Source of the DNA: a virus
Lineage: Duplodnaviria > Caudoviricetes
Virus record (IMG/VR): IMGVR_UViG_3300046671_000011
Coordinates: 9,861 to 73,860 of that record
Length of the DNA stretch: 64,000 nt
Reading direction: 5' to 3' (one strand)
This document shows positions 17,488 through 27,968 of the stretch, one piece after another. How positions within the stretch are numbered: the stretch's first letter is position 1; every line of letters begins with the position of its first letter. The position numbers and the translations under genes are program-made. The notes below the pieces were generated by a model, which saw nothing but the letters and a program-made list of their open reading frames with translations, did no database searches and was not told the DNA's origin.

Positions 17488-18054
17488 CTATAACCTCGCT
17501 GTAGTAACCTCTGTTTGACCCTGGTACTTACCCTTTCGATCAGCATATGTCGAGTGTGGTAACTCTCCACTATCAAAGATAATCTGACAGATACCTTCAT
17601 TAGCATAGACCATGACCGGGTTGGTTCCTAGATTGGCTAACTCGATAGTCAGTCTACCCTTCCAGCCAGGCTCTAATGGGGTCACATTCGGAAAGACACC
17701 TAATCTTGCATAGGTGCTTTTACCTAGACAGATACCCATGACGTTATCGGGCATACAAAAAGTCTCGACAGACATCCCTAACACCCAAGATTTTGCAGGG
17801 ATGATAATTCCTTGAGCTTCTATAGAGTCATAGTAGATCTGATCGGGCCGTTTAACGTCAAGGACAAGATCAGGAGAAGCTACAGGAATCTTAAAAGAGG
17901 AAGATAGTCGGATATCATACCCAAAGGATGATAATCCATAGCTAAGTATCTCTTTGTCATTTCTTAATCTTACCTGACTATCTACGAATGGGGATATCAT
18001 GGGATAAGAGTTGGTCTCAGCGCAAAGCCGTGTGATTTCGATGTCACTTAGCAT
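17488..18054 (-). CDS. dcd: dCTP deaminase
   Basis: LSYGLSSFGYDIRL, GKSTYARLG, TPLEPGWKGRLTIE, EGICQIIF, YADRKGKYQGQ. Confidence 0.95.
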   Translation of the reverse strand: MLSDIEITRLCAETNSYPMISPFVDSQVRLRNDKEILSYGLSSFGYDIRLSSSFKIPVASPDLVLDVKRPDQIYYDSIEAQGIIIPAKSWVLGMSVETFCMPDNVMGICLGKSTYARLGVFPNVTPLEPGWKGRLTIELANLGTNPVMVYANEGICQIIFDSGELPHSTYADRKGKYQGQTEVTTARL

Positions 18055-18238
18055 CAGTGTTTAGTCCTTTGTTTGCATATTCGATCAATCGAACTTCTTC
18101 TTCAGATACTCTAGCATCTTCTACTAAGATCTTTCGAGAGTTCTCTACATTGTAGCCATCCCTAAGCGCGACGGCATAGAAGACCTTACAGCACTCTACC
18201 CAATCTGCGTGAAAAGGGCTTATGGGAGTGCTGTCCAT
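18044..18238 (-). CDS. hypothetical protein
   Basis: small coupled ORF. Confidence 0.4.
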   Translation of the reverse strand: MDSTPISPFHADWVECCKVFYAVALRDGYNVENSRKILVEDARVSEEEVRLIEYANKGLNTDAK

Positions 18239-18555
18239 GCGGCCTCGATAGCTGTCTCTACAGTCTGAATAGCCAGGATAACATCAATCAGGTTGTCTTT
18301 GACATCCTCATAAAGCTCTTTCTTTTCTGCTGCCGTTAGTTGATCCCCATATCCATATAACCCCTTAAATCGAGTGTAAAGGATAGTCTCAACAATTATC
18401 TGCATAGCCCGGTCAATTGACGTTGAACTAGGCACTTTAGGTGTTAAGGCAGTAGCATCATAGTAATCATCTACTGATGCCGCACCTGGATAGACACCTT
18501 TTACATAAGTTTGAAGAATATAGGCTTGTTCTTGGCTGGTAGTGTTTGTAGTCAT
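18220..18555 (-). CDS. hypothetical protein
   Basis: AGGAG RBS. Confidence 0.6.
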   Translation of the reverse strand: MTTNTTSQEQAYILQTYVKGVYPGAASVDDYYDATALTPKVPSSTSIDRAMQIIVETILYTRFKGLYGYGDQLTAAEKKELYEDVKDNLIDVILAIQTVETAIEAAWTALP

Positions 18556-18564
18556 AATAGCTCC

Positions 18565-18816
18565 TTAGAAACTATTATACGCTTTATCAAAGGCTTTGCT
18601 ATAGTCCTTAAGGCGTTTAAGGGCATCGGCTACATTTTGCTTATTCCAGACTAGCCAAACTGAACCCTCTTGATTCTCATAGCAAACAACTAATACCTCT
18701 CGCCAAGTATCCCCTTTACCTGTAGTTGTATAGCGCATAGACCCATGAGGATAAACAAGTTCAACTTCACTTCTCTTCATAAGCGTCATCACACGCTCGG
18801 TATTATTTCTGTTCAT
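18565..18816 (-). CDS. hypothetical protein
   Basis: ORF in chain. Confidence 0.5.
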   Translation of the reverse strand: MNRNNTERVMTLMKRSEVELVYPHGSMRYTTTGKGDTWREVLVVCYENQEGSVWLVWNKQNVADALKRLKDYSKAFDKAYNSF

Positions 18817-18972
18817 CTTTATGCCCTTTCTTTAAGGCTCCTCGTTTTTGGATGATCGCATTCTTTTCAGGATTAGCCCGCCGCCATTCCCTCATCACTT
18901 GATTGTGCTTTTCTCTATCCATAGGCTTATCTGCTAAGTTCCTGCATAGACGGCACATCGAACGTAATCTCT

Positions 18973-19584
18973 TTATTCCTCGACAGACATATCCTTCAAA
19001 TCTATCGAGGGGGAGATAGCCTTTGCATCCTGAACAATAGCGTTTATCTCCTCTGGTGAAATCTGGCCTTCCGATTTTCCCTTCTCCTTATATAAGAAAA
19101 GCACCGCATTCAGGTTAATAACTTTCTGCTGATAATCGGTCATCCTAAGATAGATTTCTTTCGGTAGAGTTGACATAACTCCATCTATCATCTCCTGGAC
19201 GACTTCATTAGTATAGTGCTCGTCATCACTCCTGTACCCAAAGCAGCTATCACCATCAAGCTTGATCCCGTTCACATAGGGAACAACTTCAATCCCAAAG
19301 TACCACCAATCGCCACGATGATAAGAATGTAGACGGTCTTTATCTTCTTCAGCCCACTTCTCACAGTTATCCATATCCTCTAGAGTAGGATTTTCAAAGT
19401 CTTTCAGGTACTCTTCATAAGTCCTCAGATCTTCATGGGGATCGCTATGATAGTCATACACAAAGTTGACCCGAATGGCTGTGTTTAAGCCCATGTCGTG
19501 AACTTTATGTCCATAGACATCATCCTGTCCATTCCTCTTGTCAAGCTCTATGAGAAAATCCTCATGGTCATACATCATCATCAT
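18973..19584 (-). CDS. hypothetical phage protein
   Basis: acidic ORF in early arm. Confidence 0.6.
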   Translation of the reverse strand: MMMMYDHEDFLIELDKRNGQDDVYGHKVHDMGLNTAIRVNFVYDYHSDPHEDLRTYEEYLKDFENPTLEDMDNCEKWAEEDKDRLHSYHRGDWWYFGIEVVPYVNGIKLDGDSCFGYRSDDEHYTNEVVQEMIDGVMSTLPKEIYLRMTDYQQKVINLNAVLFLYKEKGKSEGQISPEEINAIVQDAKAISPSIDLKDMSVEE

Positions 19585-20218
19585 CCTTCAATAATTCGAT
19601 TGATCGAAAAAATTCTTCTAAGTGTTCAGTCTTAGGCCACCCGCCTTGATCATCAATGTTGTCGTCCCACCCATTATAGTGTTCAGATAAATAAGTATAA
19701 GCCTGATCAACCAGGTCTTTGGGACTAACGTCAAGATCGTGCCTGCTAATCACCCATCTAAGTTCCTGTTCGAGATTGTCTGAAGTAGCTTCAAGTTCTA
19801 ATTGACTGTAGACATCTTCATCAAGAATCGGATAACTCTCAAGTTTCTCAAAGGTCTCACAGACTTTTATAAAAGCAGGTGTTAACTTAGTGTGCTTATA
19901 GTCACGGTAAACGCGCACTCGATAGCCTTCTACCCACCCAACCAAGAAGTGGAAAGCATTATACTCTTTAATATCATACTCATACTTCTCTACAATCTTT
20001 GTCCAGACTTGAGCATTAGAAAGTTCAAGTAAGCGCGAGTCTCTATTGTGGGTATAGAAGATAAACCAGTTGTCAGGATTAGTTAAGTCTAGTCCTGACG
20101 CGAAGGAATGCCACTTACGCCAATTGCCCGCGCATTCTTTGGCAGCTTCGTTAGCGTCACTCCACTTGATATTCATCATTTTCCTTCTTATAGCTTTCGT
20201 GAAGAGCGCGAAGTTCAT
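19568..20218 (-). CDS. hypothetical phage protein
   Basis: ORF in early arm; true start probably at MMNIKW. Confidence 0.6.
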   Translation of the reverse strand: MNFALFTKAIRRKMMNIKWSDANEAAKECAGNWRKWHSFASGLDLTNPDNWFIFYTHNRDSRLLELSNAQVWTKIVEKYEYDIKEYNAFHFLVGWVEGYRVRVYRDYKHTKLTPAFIKVCETFEKLESYPILDEDVYSQLELEATSDNLEQELRWVISRHDLDVSPKDLVDQAYTYLSEHYNGWDDNIDDQGGWPKTEHLEEFFRSIELLKDDDDV

Positions 20219-20365
20219 TCTTTAACTCTTCAATGTCGGTTTCTGCAAGATCTTTATAGCGTTGAGCAGAAGCAAGCTGCTTTCTCCTATCCTCAAAGAT
20301 AATAGTAGCTTTTGAGATCTTGATCAGAATTTCTATTTGAGCCTGCAAATACTCGATCTCAGTCA

Positions 20366-21163
20366 TTAGTCTGCAATCCCATATAGCTGCTTAAGATACC
20401 GAACAAGAAAACTTTTGACTTCACGCTTAATATAATCTTCAGAACCGTGATAAGGCGGATTGCCTTCCCAAATCCAGGCGATACTGCTCTTTAGATAATG
20501 ACTACCGCCAAATCTCTCGACGGCTCTTACCATGAGAGAAGGCACATAATACTTTTCTTGGATATGAGTGGTAATATGATCGTTATTTTTCTCAGCCTCT
20601 CCAAGAGTTAAGCCGTCCTCGGTTTTCATAAAGCAATACCAGCAATCGCCCGCACTCGGTTCTAGAACTTGTCCATTAACCAATGCCTGAGCGAAATCGG
20701 TTGCATACTGAGTGATTGTCTTTACAATCTTCTTTACCTCAGTCTCACGAGCCTTATCAGCATCACCCGTAACCGTGCCGTCTTGATGAATAACAATCCC
20801 GTCCTGATAAATAACTACTTTCCTATCAACTGATAAAAACCAAAGACCTTTAGCTTGACTAACCCCGACTCTTTCGGGTGTATAGTTATTCATGCGCTCT
20901 TTAGTTGTCTGAGTCATATACCCATCAGATTGAAGGATAATATCGCCATCTTCCTTAAAGGTTACTACTGGTGTTTGATGATAGACAACATGAATACTAC
21001 TTCCATCCTTTATCAACATTGTTGCCTTACCAGGGAGCTTTCGAGAGAATTTACTCTTTTTGCCCTTCGATAGATAATCACTAGCTGTCTGATAGCTAGT
21101 GATCCCAAGCTCTTCACCTTTAAGACCAGGCATTCTGCCATGCATTGTCATTATAGCTCCCAT
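20366..21163 (-). CDS. hypothetical phage protein
   Basis: 265-aa ORF, VVYHQTPVV...DGYMTQTTKERMN pattern. Confidence 0.6.
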   Translation of the reverse strand: MGAIMTMHGRMPGLKGEELGITSYQTASDYLSKGKKSKFSRKLPGKATMLIKDGSSIHVVYHQTPVVTFKEDGDIILQSDGYMTQTTKERMNNYTPERVGVSQAKGLWFLSVDRKVVIYQDGIVIHQDGTVTGDADKARETEVKKIVKTITQYATDFAQALVNGQVLEPSAGDCWYCFMKTEDGLTLGEAEKNNDHITTHIQEKYYVPSLMVRAVERFGGSHYLKSSIAWIWEGNPPYHGSEDYIKREVKSFLVRYLKQLYGIAD

Positions 21164-23209
21164 TATATTCTCGTGTAAAATGATGAAATTCGATCACATG
21201 CTTATCCCACTTTTCGATCAATCGAAGTGTGTGCTCATCGTGATCCTGTAAATATATTATTGTCGTGTCAACCCCATATCGAGCATTGTTCTCTGCCTGC
21301 CATAAAGCCCAAAGAATCCCGTCAGGTGTGCAGTGTTCAAACTCAGTATCGCGCTTAGCCTGTCGAACATTATTCGTAAAGGCTACGGCATCATTAGCGT
21401 TACCAGTTAAAATTATCAAAAGAGGCATAGCCTTACGGCGACCTCTCCAATAACGGCTACTAGCCATCAATAAATGACCAGTTACTAAGATTATAGGGCA
21501 ATGGAAGGCACTGGAAATTAGTATCGACAACGAGTACATCTTTCTCGTCCAGTAATATGAAGTCAAAAGCATTTAGATACTCTTTCTTATCGAGAAAGTT
21601 TAAGTTTAGTTCAGGGATACTTGCCGGGAACCAAATCCCATCCTGAGCAAGTAAAACCTCCAAACTTCGACGGTTAAAGGTTCCCTCAGTTATCCAGCTT
21701 ATATGCTGATCACTCTGAGAGAACATGATAAGTGTATTCACCTATTCCTCGTTAATTATGTTTAGCATTTCCTTGAGAAAAGCTATCTTTGTTTGATATG
21801 CATACATCTGTGCCGAATAAACCTCAAGGCTACCATCATCATCTGGATCGCCATCTTCAACGTTGTGTTTTATCTCTTCAACGAAGAGATTTTTAGCACG
21901 AGTGAAATTTGACTGATCAATCACTAGCATATCTTCTAATAGACCCTTAAGGATTTCTAATTTGTTATCCATTTACTCTTTACCGATCATCTTAAGTAAC
22001 TCTCGATATGCATACATCTGATTTTTGTATAATTGGCCTTCAGTTGCATATCGCTCAAGTATATCTGTTGGATCCTGATCGCCGTTATATCGAAGGTTTC
22101 TGCGCTCGTCATGAAATTGCTTGTTAGCATATTCGTAATTCACAGTAGCCCGATTACATGCGGACTGAACCCAATTCTTGATCTCATTGATCTTAGTTAG
22201 ATAAGCAGCTACCTTATCTGAGCAATCAAGAGCCTGTTTAGCTTGCTCTTCCATTAAATCTTTAGTATCCATCTAGTCTAGTCCTTTTATCGTCGGCTGC
22301 ATCTTCATTGAATATAGTCAAGACAAACTCAGACGCCTGATCGAGTGCCAAACGCATCTCGTCCTCGAAAGCAACTATATCTATGAGATAACATCCATCT
22401 AAAGGAGCATTAACATCAAGAAAAAAGCGGGTCTCGGTAATTAGGTTAAGAATAAAGTTGGCTTCATCCATTGAGCGTTTGTCTTTTGTCCACTCAAAAG
22501 TATTTGCATATCCCATAAGTGCCTGGAGTACATTCTTATAGTATTTAGCTGTTAGCATCAGATTTTTTTCTTAAATAGGAGAGCCTTCTAGCAGTTTCAA
22601 AGTGATAATATGAGACCGTATACTCACAAACAATCTCCAGATCTTCAATAGATATTTTATCGACATCCTTTAACCAATTGTCTAAAATACTTACAAGATC
22701 TTTTGCTATCCTATAGTCACCCTTACAGTATGCACATCCCGATACAAATCTTTTTTCTCCATCCCAATAGGGAAGATTGCAGAATGGGCATCTGAAGTCA
22801 GGGTGTTGCTCTTCTACATAATGGTTAAGCTGGATAAGACTCTTAATCTTTTGTATTCCGTTCATTATAAGTTCCTCAAAGCTATGACTTCTTTTATATC
22901 GGGATAATGCCAATTCGTACCGTCAATCCACTTCGATCTATCGAATTCAATACTCAAGACTCCTTCGATCAATCGAAAACGACCTTCTCTATGGAAGTTC
23001 TCTAGATGATTATTGACAATATCGGATCTTAGACCTTTCTTGCCCCATATTTCTGAGAAGGGTTTTTCTAAGGCAATTGCAAGGAGAACTACCCGCTCGA
23101 ATTCACTTCGAACAGGTAGCTTCCATACCCTTTCCAGATCAGGGTAGTTCTTCGCCATCACCAAATGCCAAATCCGCCGCGCTCTTTGCATTACCATAGA
23201 ACTCGTCAT
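21120..23209 (-). other. run of small coupled hypothetical genes (21120-21572, 21460-21741, 21742-21972, 21973-22272, 22262-22558, 22545-22913, 22865-23209)
   Basis: tightly packed same-strand ORFs with overlapping start/stop codons. Confidence 0.55.
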
Positions 23210-23561
23210 CGGCAGGATCAGTTACAGCCTGCTCAGGTCGCGGGCTTAAGGTCTTATAGTAAGAAGAGAATACAACGAGGCTATTCTTGGTTGTGCCATC
23301 TTTAGCCTGATACTCTTCTAACTCTACAGTTCCCTTCACATAGATTAACTGACCTTTTGTGATAAGGTTCTTATCAATAACAGACGCAGCCTTGTCTCCA
23401 AAGACTTTACAGTTAAACCATTTTGTGCTTTCAGTATTAGTGGTTGGATTCCACTTGCTGATTGCAACACCAAAACTTACCCATGCATTTCCGGCTTTAG
23501 AATGGCCCATCGAGACATTCCCAACGTGACCAATCAATGTCAATTCTTCTACTGACGCCAT
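23139..23561 (-). CDS. ssb: single-stranded DNA-binding protein
   Basis: LTLIGHVG, FGVAIS, TKWFNCKVFG, KGQLIYVKG, YQAKDG, acidic tail ending EELP. Confidence 0.88.
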   Translation of the reverse strand: MASVEELTLIGHVGNVSMGHSKAGNAWVSFGVAISKWNPTTNTESTKWFNCKVFGDKAASVIDKNLITKGQLIYVKGTVELEEYQAKDGTTKNSLVVFSSYYKTLSPRPEQAVTDPADDEFYGNAKSAADLAFGDGEELP

Positions 23562-23897
23562 TAGATTTTTCCTTTTTGTACCGTTGTACTATTAAACATT
23601 ATATCATAAACTATCGGTGATTTCGAGACGGACTTGTCTTAAACACTCTTCAAGCTCCGTTAGGAGCAGAAGCGAATACTCTGATCGAGGGAAGGTCATT
23701 GACCAGCCGCCTTCGCTACGAAAAACGGTTAAGTCTTTACTCTCAGGGCATTCAATGACATTAAACCTTCGATATGGAATTAAAGGCTTGTCGTAGTATT
23801 GACAAACCTCTTCAACAGGGGTAACATCTAACATGATTTCTCTCCTTGAGCATGGGACTAAGATTAGGCCGGGTTTCTCGCCCCGGCCTTTTCGTTT

Positions 23898-24200
23898 TTA
23901 ATAGTCGTAGATGTGGTAAGTTAAGTCTAGCTCAACTAATACTGCTAAAAGAAGCTCGTAGTCGTGAGCATACTCCATAACAGTCTGATCGTATGGAGAA
24001 ACTATAGTTATATAGCTTTCTTTACCTGGATTGTAGAAAACATACCCTCGAACAAGATTTGAGTCTAACCCAAACTTATCTGCCTCTTCCCCAATCTTTT
24101 CTATCACTCTAGTTATGGCCTTAGTTATAGAGTCTACAGAGAAGAAGGTTGAAGGATCAGGTAATCCTGTCATTGAAGGTATATCCCAATTAGGATACAT
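23898..24200 (-). CDS. hypothetical protein
   Basis: coupled to the DUF932-like gene. Confidence 0.5.
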   Translation of the reverse strand: MYPNWDIPSMTGLPDPSTFFSVDSITKAITRVIEKIGEEADKFGLDSNLVRGYVFYNPGKESYITIVSPYDQTVMEYAHDYELLLAVLVELDLTYHIYDY

Positions 24201-25405
24201 TAGTCGTCTAATCCTAACTCTTGTAGGATATACTCATAAGCATCACGATTGCGCTTAGCCCGGTCTTTACCAGGAATAAGAACGCTAGTCTGCACGTTAC
24301 GACCTGAGATATGATTGGTTACAGCCGTCACTGCTTGATAAGCGCCATACCAGTTACCGTCAATCCCCTGGCCTTTACATTCATGGTTATAGGCATACAA
24401 AACGGCTTCCTGTTTGCCTTGTGCTGCTAAGAAATCAGACTCATATTTGTCCATCTTACCAGCATCACGCATGATAATATTTTCACCAGCAGTTTCGACT
24501 GATCGAATTCCCCAGGCATCATAGAACTCTTGGTCAAGCTCTTTCGAGGTAGTGACAGTAATCCCACGTTCACGGTTAACTCCCTCAACGATAGTCCCAC
24601 CATCTTTCAATTGCAGGGGTTTCTTGGGGAGAGGGAACGCGATCTGTGCGAGGTCAAATAACTTTTCATCTTCGATAGGACTCTCAGCCATGACATCGAA
24701 TAGAAACTTCTGACGCTTAGTATAACTGGCAATATCCTTCATTACTGAGGTTGCCCAAATCAGACGGTCTTCCATTCCCTCAAAGTGATTAAGGGTCACA
24801 GAAAGTTCTGAATTCTTAAGTGCATAAGAAACTGCATTCGTACAGCGCAGACGTAAACTTACCCATGCAATCGTGGTAGACCCATCAGCCCGCTTGCTAT
24901 CATAAGCCATAATATAAGACTCGTTCTGGTCTTGCTGTCCATTCACAAAGATATCGAATGGTGCTGACTTAAACAAAGCAAACGTGCCTTCACCCTTACC
25001 AAGACTACCAAATGCCTCGACAGGTGCTTGAGTCCGAAGAGCATCAAAGGCTTGTGCAAACATCCGATTTTGAAGGACATTGTACTTATTGCTAGCTGTC
25101 CCTAATGGACGATATTCAGGATCGTCAGCCGTTGGATGACGGATAATTCCAAACTTGTTGGGTTCACCCTTTTTGTCCACAAAGGGAATATATTGTCCAT
25201 CGACCAGGGCATACAATGGATACTTTTGAACCTCAAAGTTCATACCTGCATCTTCAAACCCTTGTACGAGATCATCATCAGGGTTCATAGCAGTTGCAGC
25301 AGCAGCATGTGTAATCCAGGGAGCCTGTCGAGCGCCTTCATTAAAGCGCGTTCGCGCTCCAAAGGCGTTATGAGCCACATTCATAAATTCTTCATTCTTA
25401 TTCAT
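24200..25405 (-). CDS. DUF932-like (LGT_TIGR03299 family) protein
   Basis: Y.VLQNR..AQAF, FGSLGKGEGTF, SYIMAYDS..DGS, LRCTNAV, WYGAYQAVT. Confidence 0.7.
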   Translation of the reverse strand: MNKNEEFMNVAHNAFGARTRFNEGARQAPWITHAAAATAMNPDDDLVQGFEDAGMNFEVQKYPLYALVDGQYIPFVDKKGEPNKFGIIRHPTADDPEYRPLGTASNKYNVLQNRMFAQAFDALRTQAPVEAFGSLGKGEGTFALFKSAPFDIFVNGQQDQNESYIMAYDSKRADGSTTIAWVSLRLRCTNAVSYALKNSELSVTLNHFEGMEDRLIWATSVMKDIASYTKRQKFLFDVMAESPIEDEKLFDLAQIAFPLPKKPLQLKDGGTIVEGVNRERGITVTTSKELDQEFYDAWGIRSVETAGENIIMRDAGKMDKYESDFLAAQGKQEAVLYAYNHECKGQGIDGNWYGAYQAVTAVTNHISGRNVQTSVLIPGKDRAKRNRDAYEYILQELGLDD

Positions 25406-25631
25406 CTTTACTAATTCTCTCTTCTAAATCTAAATACTCTAGATACTCTATATATACTACCAATTTCCAGTATAGCCATACTCCAAACATTAGCACGCTC
25501 GTTATGGCTATTGCTAAAAGGAGACTCATTGATCTCCTCCTAGCCACATATAAGCAACCACAAAGATCAAAGACACCAGCAAAATCACTGGCGTCAATGC
25601 AATCACAAATACTATCCAGTGAAAAACTTCA

Positions 25632-27232
25632 CTAAGGATATTGTTCAAGATTATCTTTCCAGTCTGGTACTAGCTTATTCAGCTTCTTGAGGGTAATTTT
25701 GGGCTTTGTCTTCTGGTCTTCACAAAGCTCTATATCCGAAAAAGTGACATCGCCATTATCGGATTCAATCCCAATGTTTATATCCCAAGCTAGAGCCATA
25801 TCCTGAGCAGTTTTAGCATCAGGAGCCTGAACGGTAATCGAATAAAACTCTTCACGAGTAAACGTATAGGTAAAGATAGGCATTAACGGTTATCCTTTAG
25901 GATTATCCATAGGCTTATATATAAGGATACAAGAACAACTGCTAAAACCACGATAATGGTGATGGTATTAGTTATCATCACCATTTCCTGTTCGAAAGAG
26001 ATCAGTTAGGAATAGCGCCCACAGAAAAATTAGCCCTGTGACAGTAATTCCCCAAAAGATCTCGCCAATAATCTCATTCATTTTCCTTCTCCTTTTTTAT
26101 AGGAATAAGATGCGCTTCATCAAAAACCATTATTCCTATATTCAACTTAGGATAATCCATAATGTGATAACTGTTATCATATATATGAGATTTACTTATA
26201 ATAATAACAGTATTACCATCTTTTATTCTTGAGTTTATGCCATTTGAAATTCTTTTGTAGAACTCCTCATAACCATCAATAACGGTAGCAAGTTCTCCAG
26301 GATGGAATTTATCCATTATCTTCCTCCTCCTCTATATCAGACTTGTAAATCTGAATATACTGCGTGCAGTGGTCGGCGTTAGCCGACAATATCTTCGCCA
26401 TAATTTTCGGGCCTAAATACTCTAAGGAAGCTAACTGTCTACATCGGTAGACAGACAACTCCCAAAGAGTTTTTAATGCTTCGATAGCATCTTTCTTGAA
26501 CTCAAAAGATTCGTGGAACTCAGGTAAACAACCGACCTGACCACTTTCGGCTACCCATTTCATTAGAATTGCAGCTTTTGTGGCTCTAACAGACTCTTGA
26601 AAGTATCCATGTCGCCCTGGATAGCGGCGCTAAGCTGCACTGTTACCTGAGTGATCATCATACTATGCTTGAGTTCATCAATGATCATGGCAACGGGCAA
26701 TGTCGGGTCAACAATTACCTCGATAGGCTCAAACGGCAGATCTATACGAGACTTAACAATCACACCAGGAACCCTCGACCAGTCTTGGATAACAATATCC
26801 TTGACTTTCATCTGAATACAGTAAACTCGGACGATCTCAAGACCACCTGTTGTCTGTTGACCAGACATAATCTTGAAAGATCCATCGCTCATCGTAAAAT
26901 CAACTTGCATTGTCATTCTTTTTTCCTTTTAGATATCTGAGAAACCACTCAGTTCCATATTCATCGCCAAGTAATCCATAAGTGATAATCGGCTCAATAA
27001 CATCGCCTTTAGCGAGACATATACTGATTTGACAGTTGTCTTTTTGAGCGCGATTAACTGCCTCTTGGATTACCTGATCGATTTCGCGTGCAGGCCGAAT
27101 ACAGGACTTTTTATCGCTAGTAATGCCGTCTATACTCTCTACATAAAAAGCAACCCCGTTACCGAGTGCTGCATGAATATAGAAATTGTACACTTTATCC
27201 GGCATATACTTTTTGACTGTTGAACTATTCAA
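25632..27232 (-). other. small hypothetical genes (25632-25883, 26074-26316, 26309-26563, 26563-26916, 26900-27232)
   Basis: same-strand ORF chain. Confidence 0.5.
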
Positions 27233-27353
27233 CGTATTTTACTCCTAATTTGACCACGACGCAAGCGTATGTTACAATCAGACACATCGTTTTTGCCTGA
27301 TTGCAACACGATTTGACCTTATGAGATTGCGCCTCTTATAAGGTCATTCCTTC

Positions 27354-27830
27354 TTACAGAGCTTCGACGGCTTCTGCGCCAACATCGACCATGATAGCCG
27401 CTACATCCTGAGATGCAACTTCACCACGCCCTTGACGTGCAGCATAACGCGCGATCATCGCCTTCTCACTCCAACCCAAAACCTTGATTTCGTCCTTTAC
27501 AGAAGAGATACTCAGGCTCAGGAAGGTCTTGATAATGGCAACACCATTCGCGTCGTGCTCATCAGTCAGGACACCCCAACCGCGAACGGTTCCGGTGACT
27601 TCGACATGACGGCCTGCATTCAATTGCAGCTTGGCGTATGCGCCCTTAGCACGGTTCTCGTTCCAAATCGTGACCTGATGAAACTCTGCGACATCTTCCC
27701 ACTTGCCCGTTGCCGGGTTAAGCTTGGATGTATTCGATGCAATGGTAAAGCTGCAAACGGTCTGATCCGCCACAGTCTTTAGCTCGGCATCCTTAGTGAT
27801 GTAACCTGTCAGATTACCCTTGATAGTCAT
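27354..27830 (-). CDS. ssb: second single-stranded DNA-binding protein
   Basis: LTGYITKDAELK, SFTIASN, EFHQVTIW, GRHVEVTG. Confidence 0.8.
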   Translation of the reverse strand: MTIKGNLTGYITKDAELKTVADQTVCSFTIASNTSKLNPATGKWEDVAEFHQVTIWNENRAKGAYAKLQLNAGRHVEVTGTVRGWGVLTDEHDANGVAIIKTFLSLSISSVKDEIKVLGWSEKAMIARYAARQGRGEVASQDVAAIMVDVGAEAVEAL

Positions 27831-27875
27831 CTTTTTTTCCTTCCCGCATCTTAGCGGATAAATTAAAAACTCAAA

Positions 27876-27897
27876 TAAAAAGGGAGCGTTAGCTCCC
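27876..27897 (-). terminator. intrinsic terminator
   Basis: GGGAGC-TAAC-GCTCCC-TTTTTA. Confidence 0.75.
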
Positions 27898-27968
27898 CTT
27901 TATTAAATGATCGATCTGTTTTCGATCCATCGAATTTACAGTAATCGATCAAGTAATCACTTTTAGCA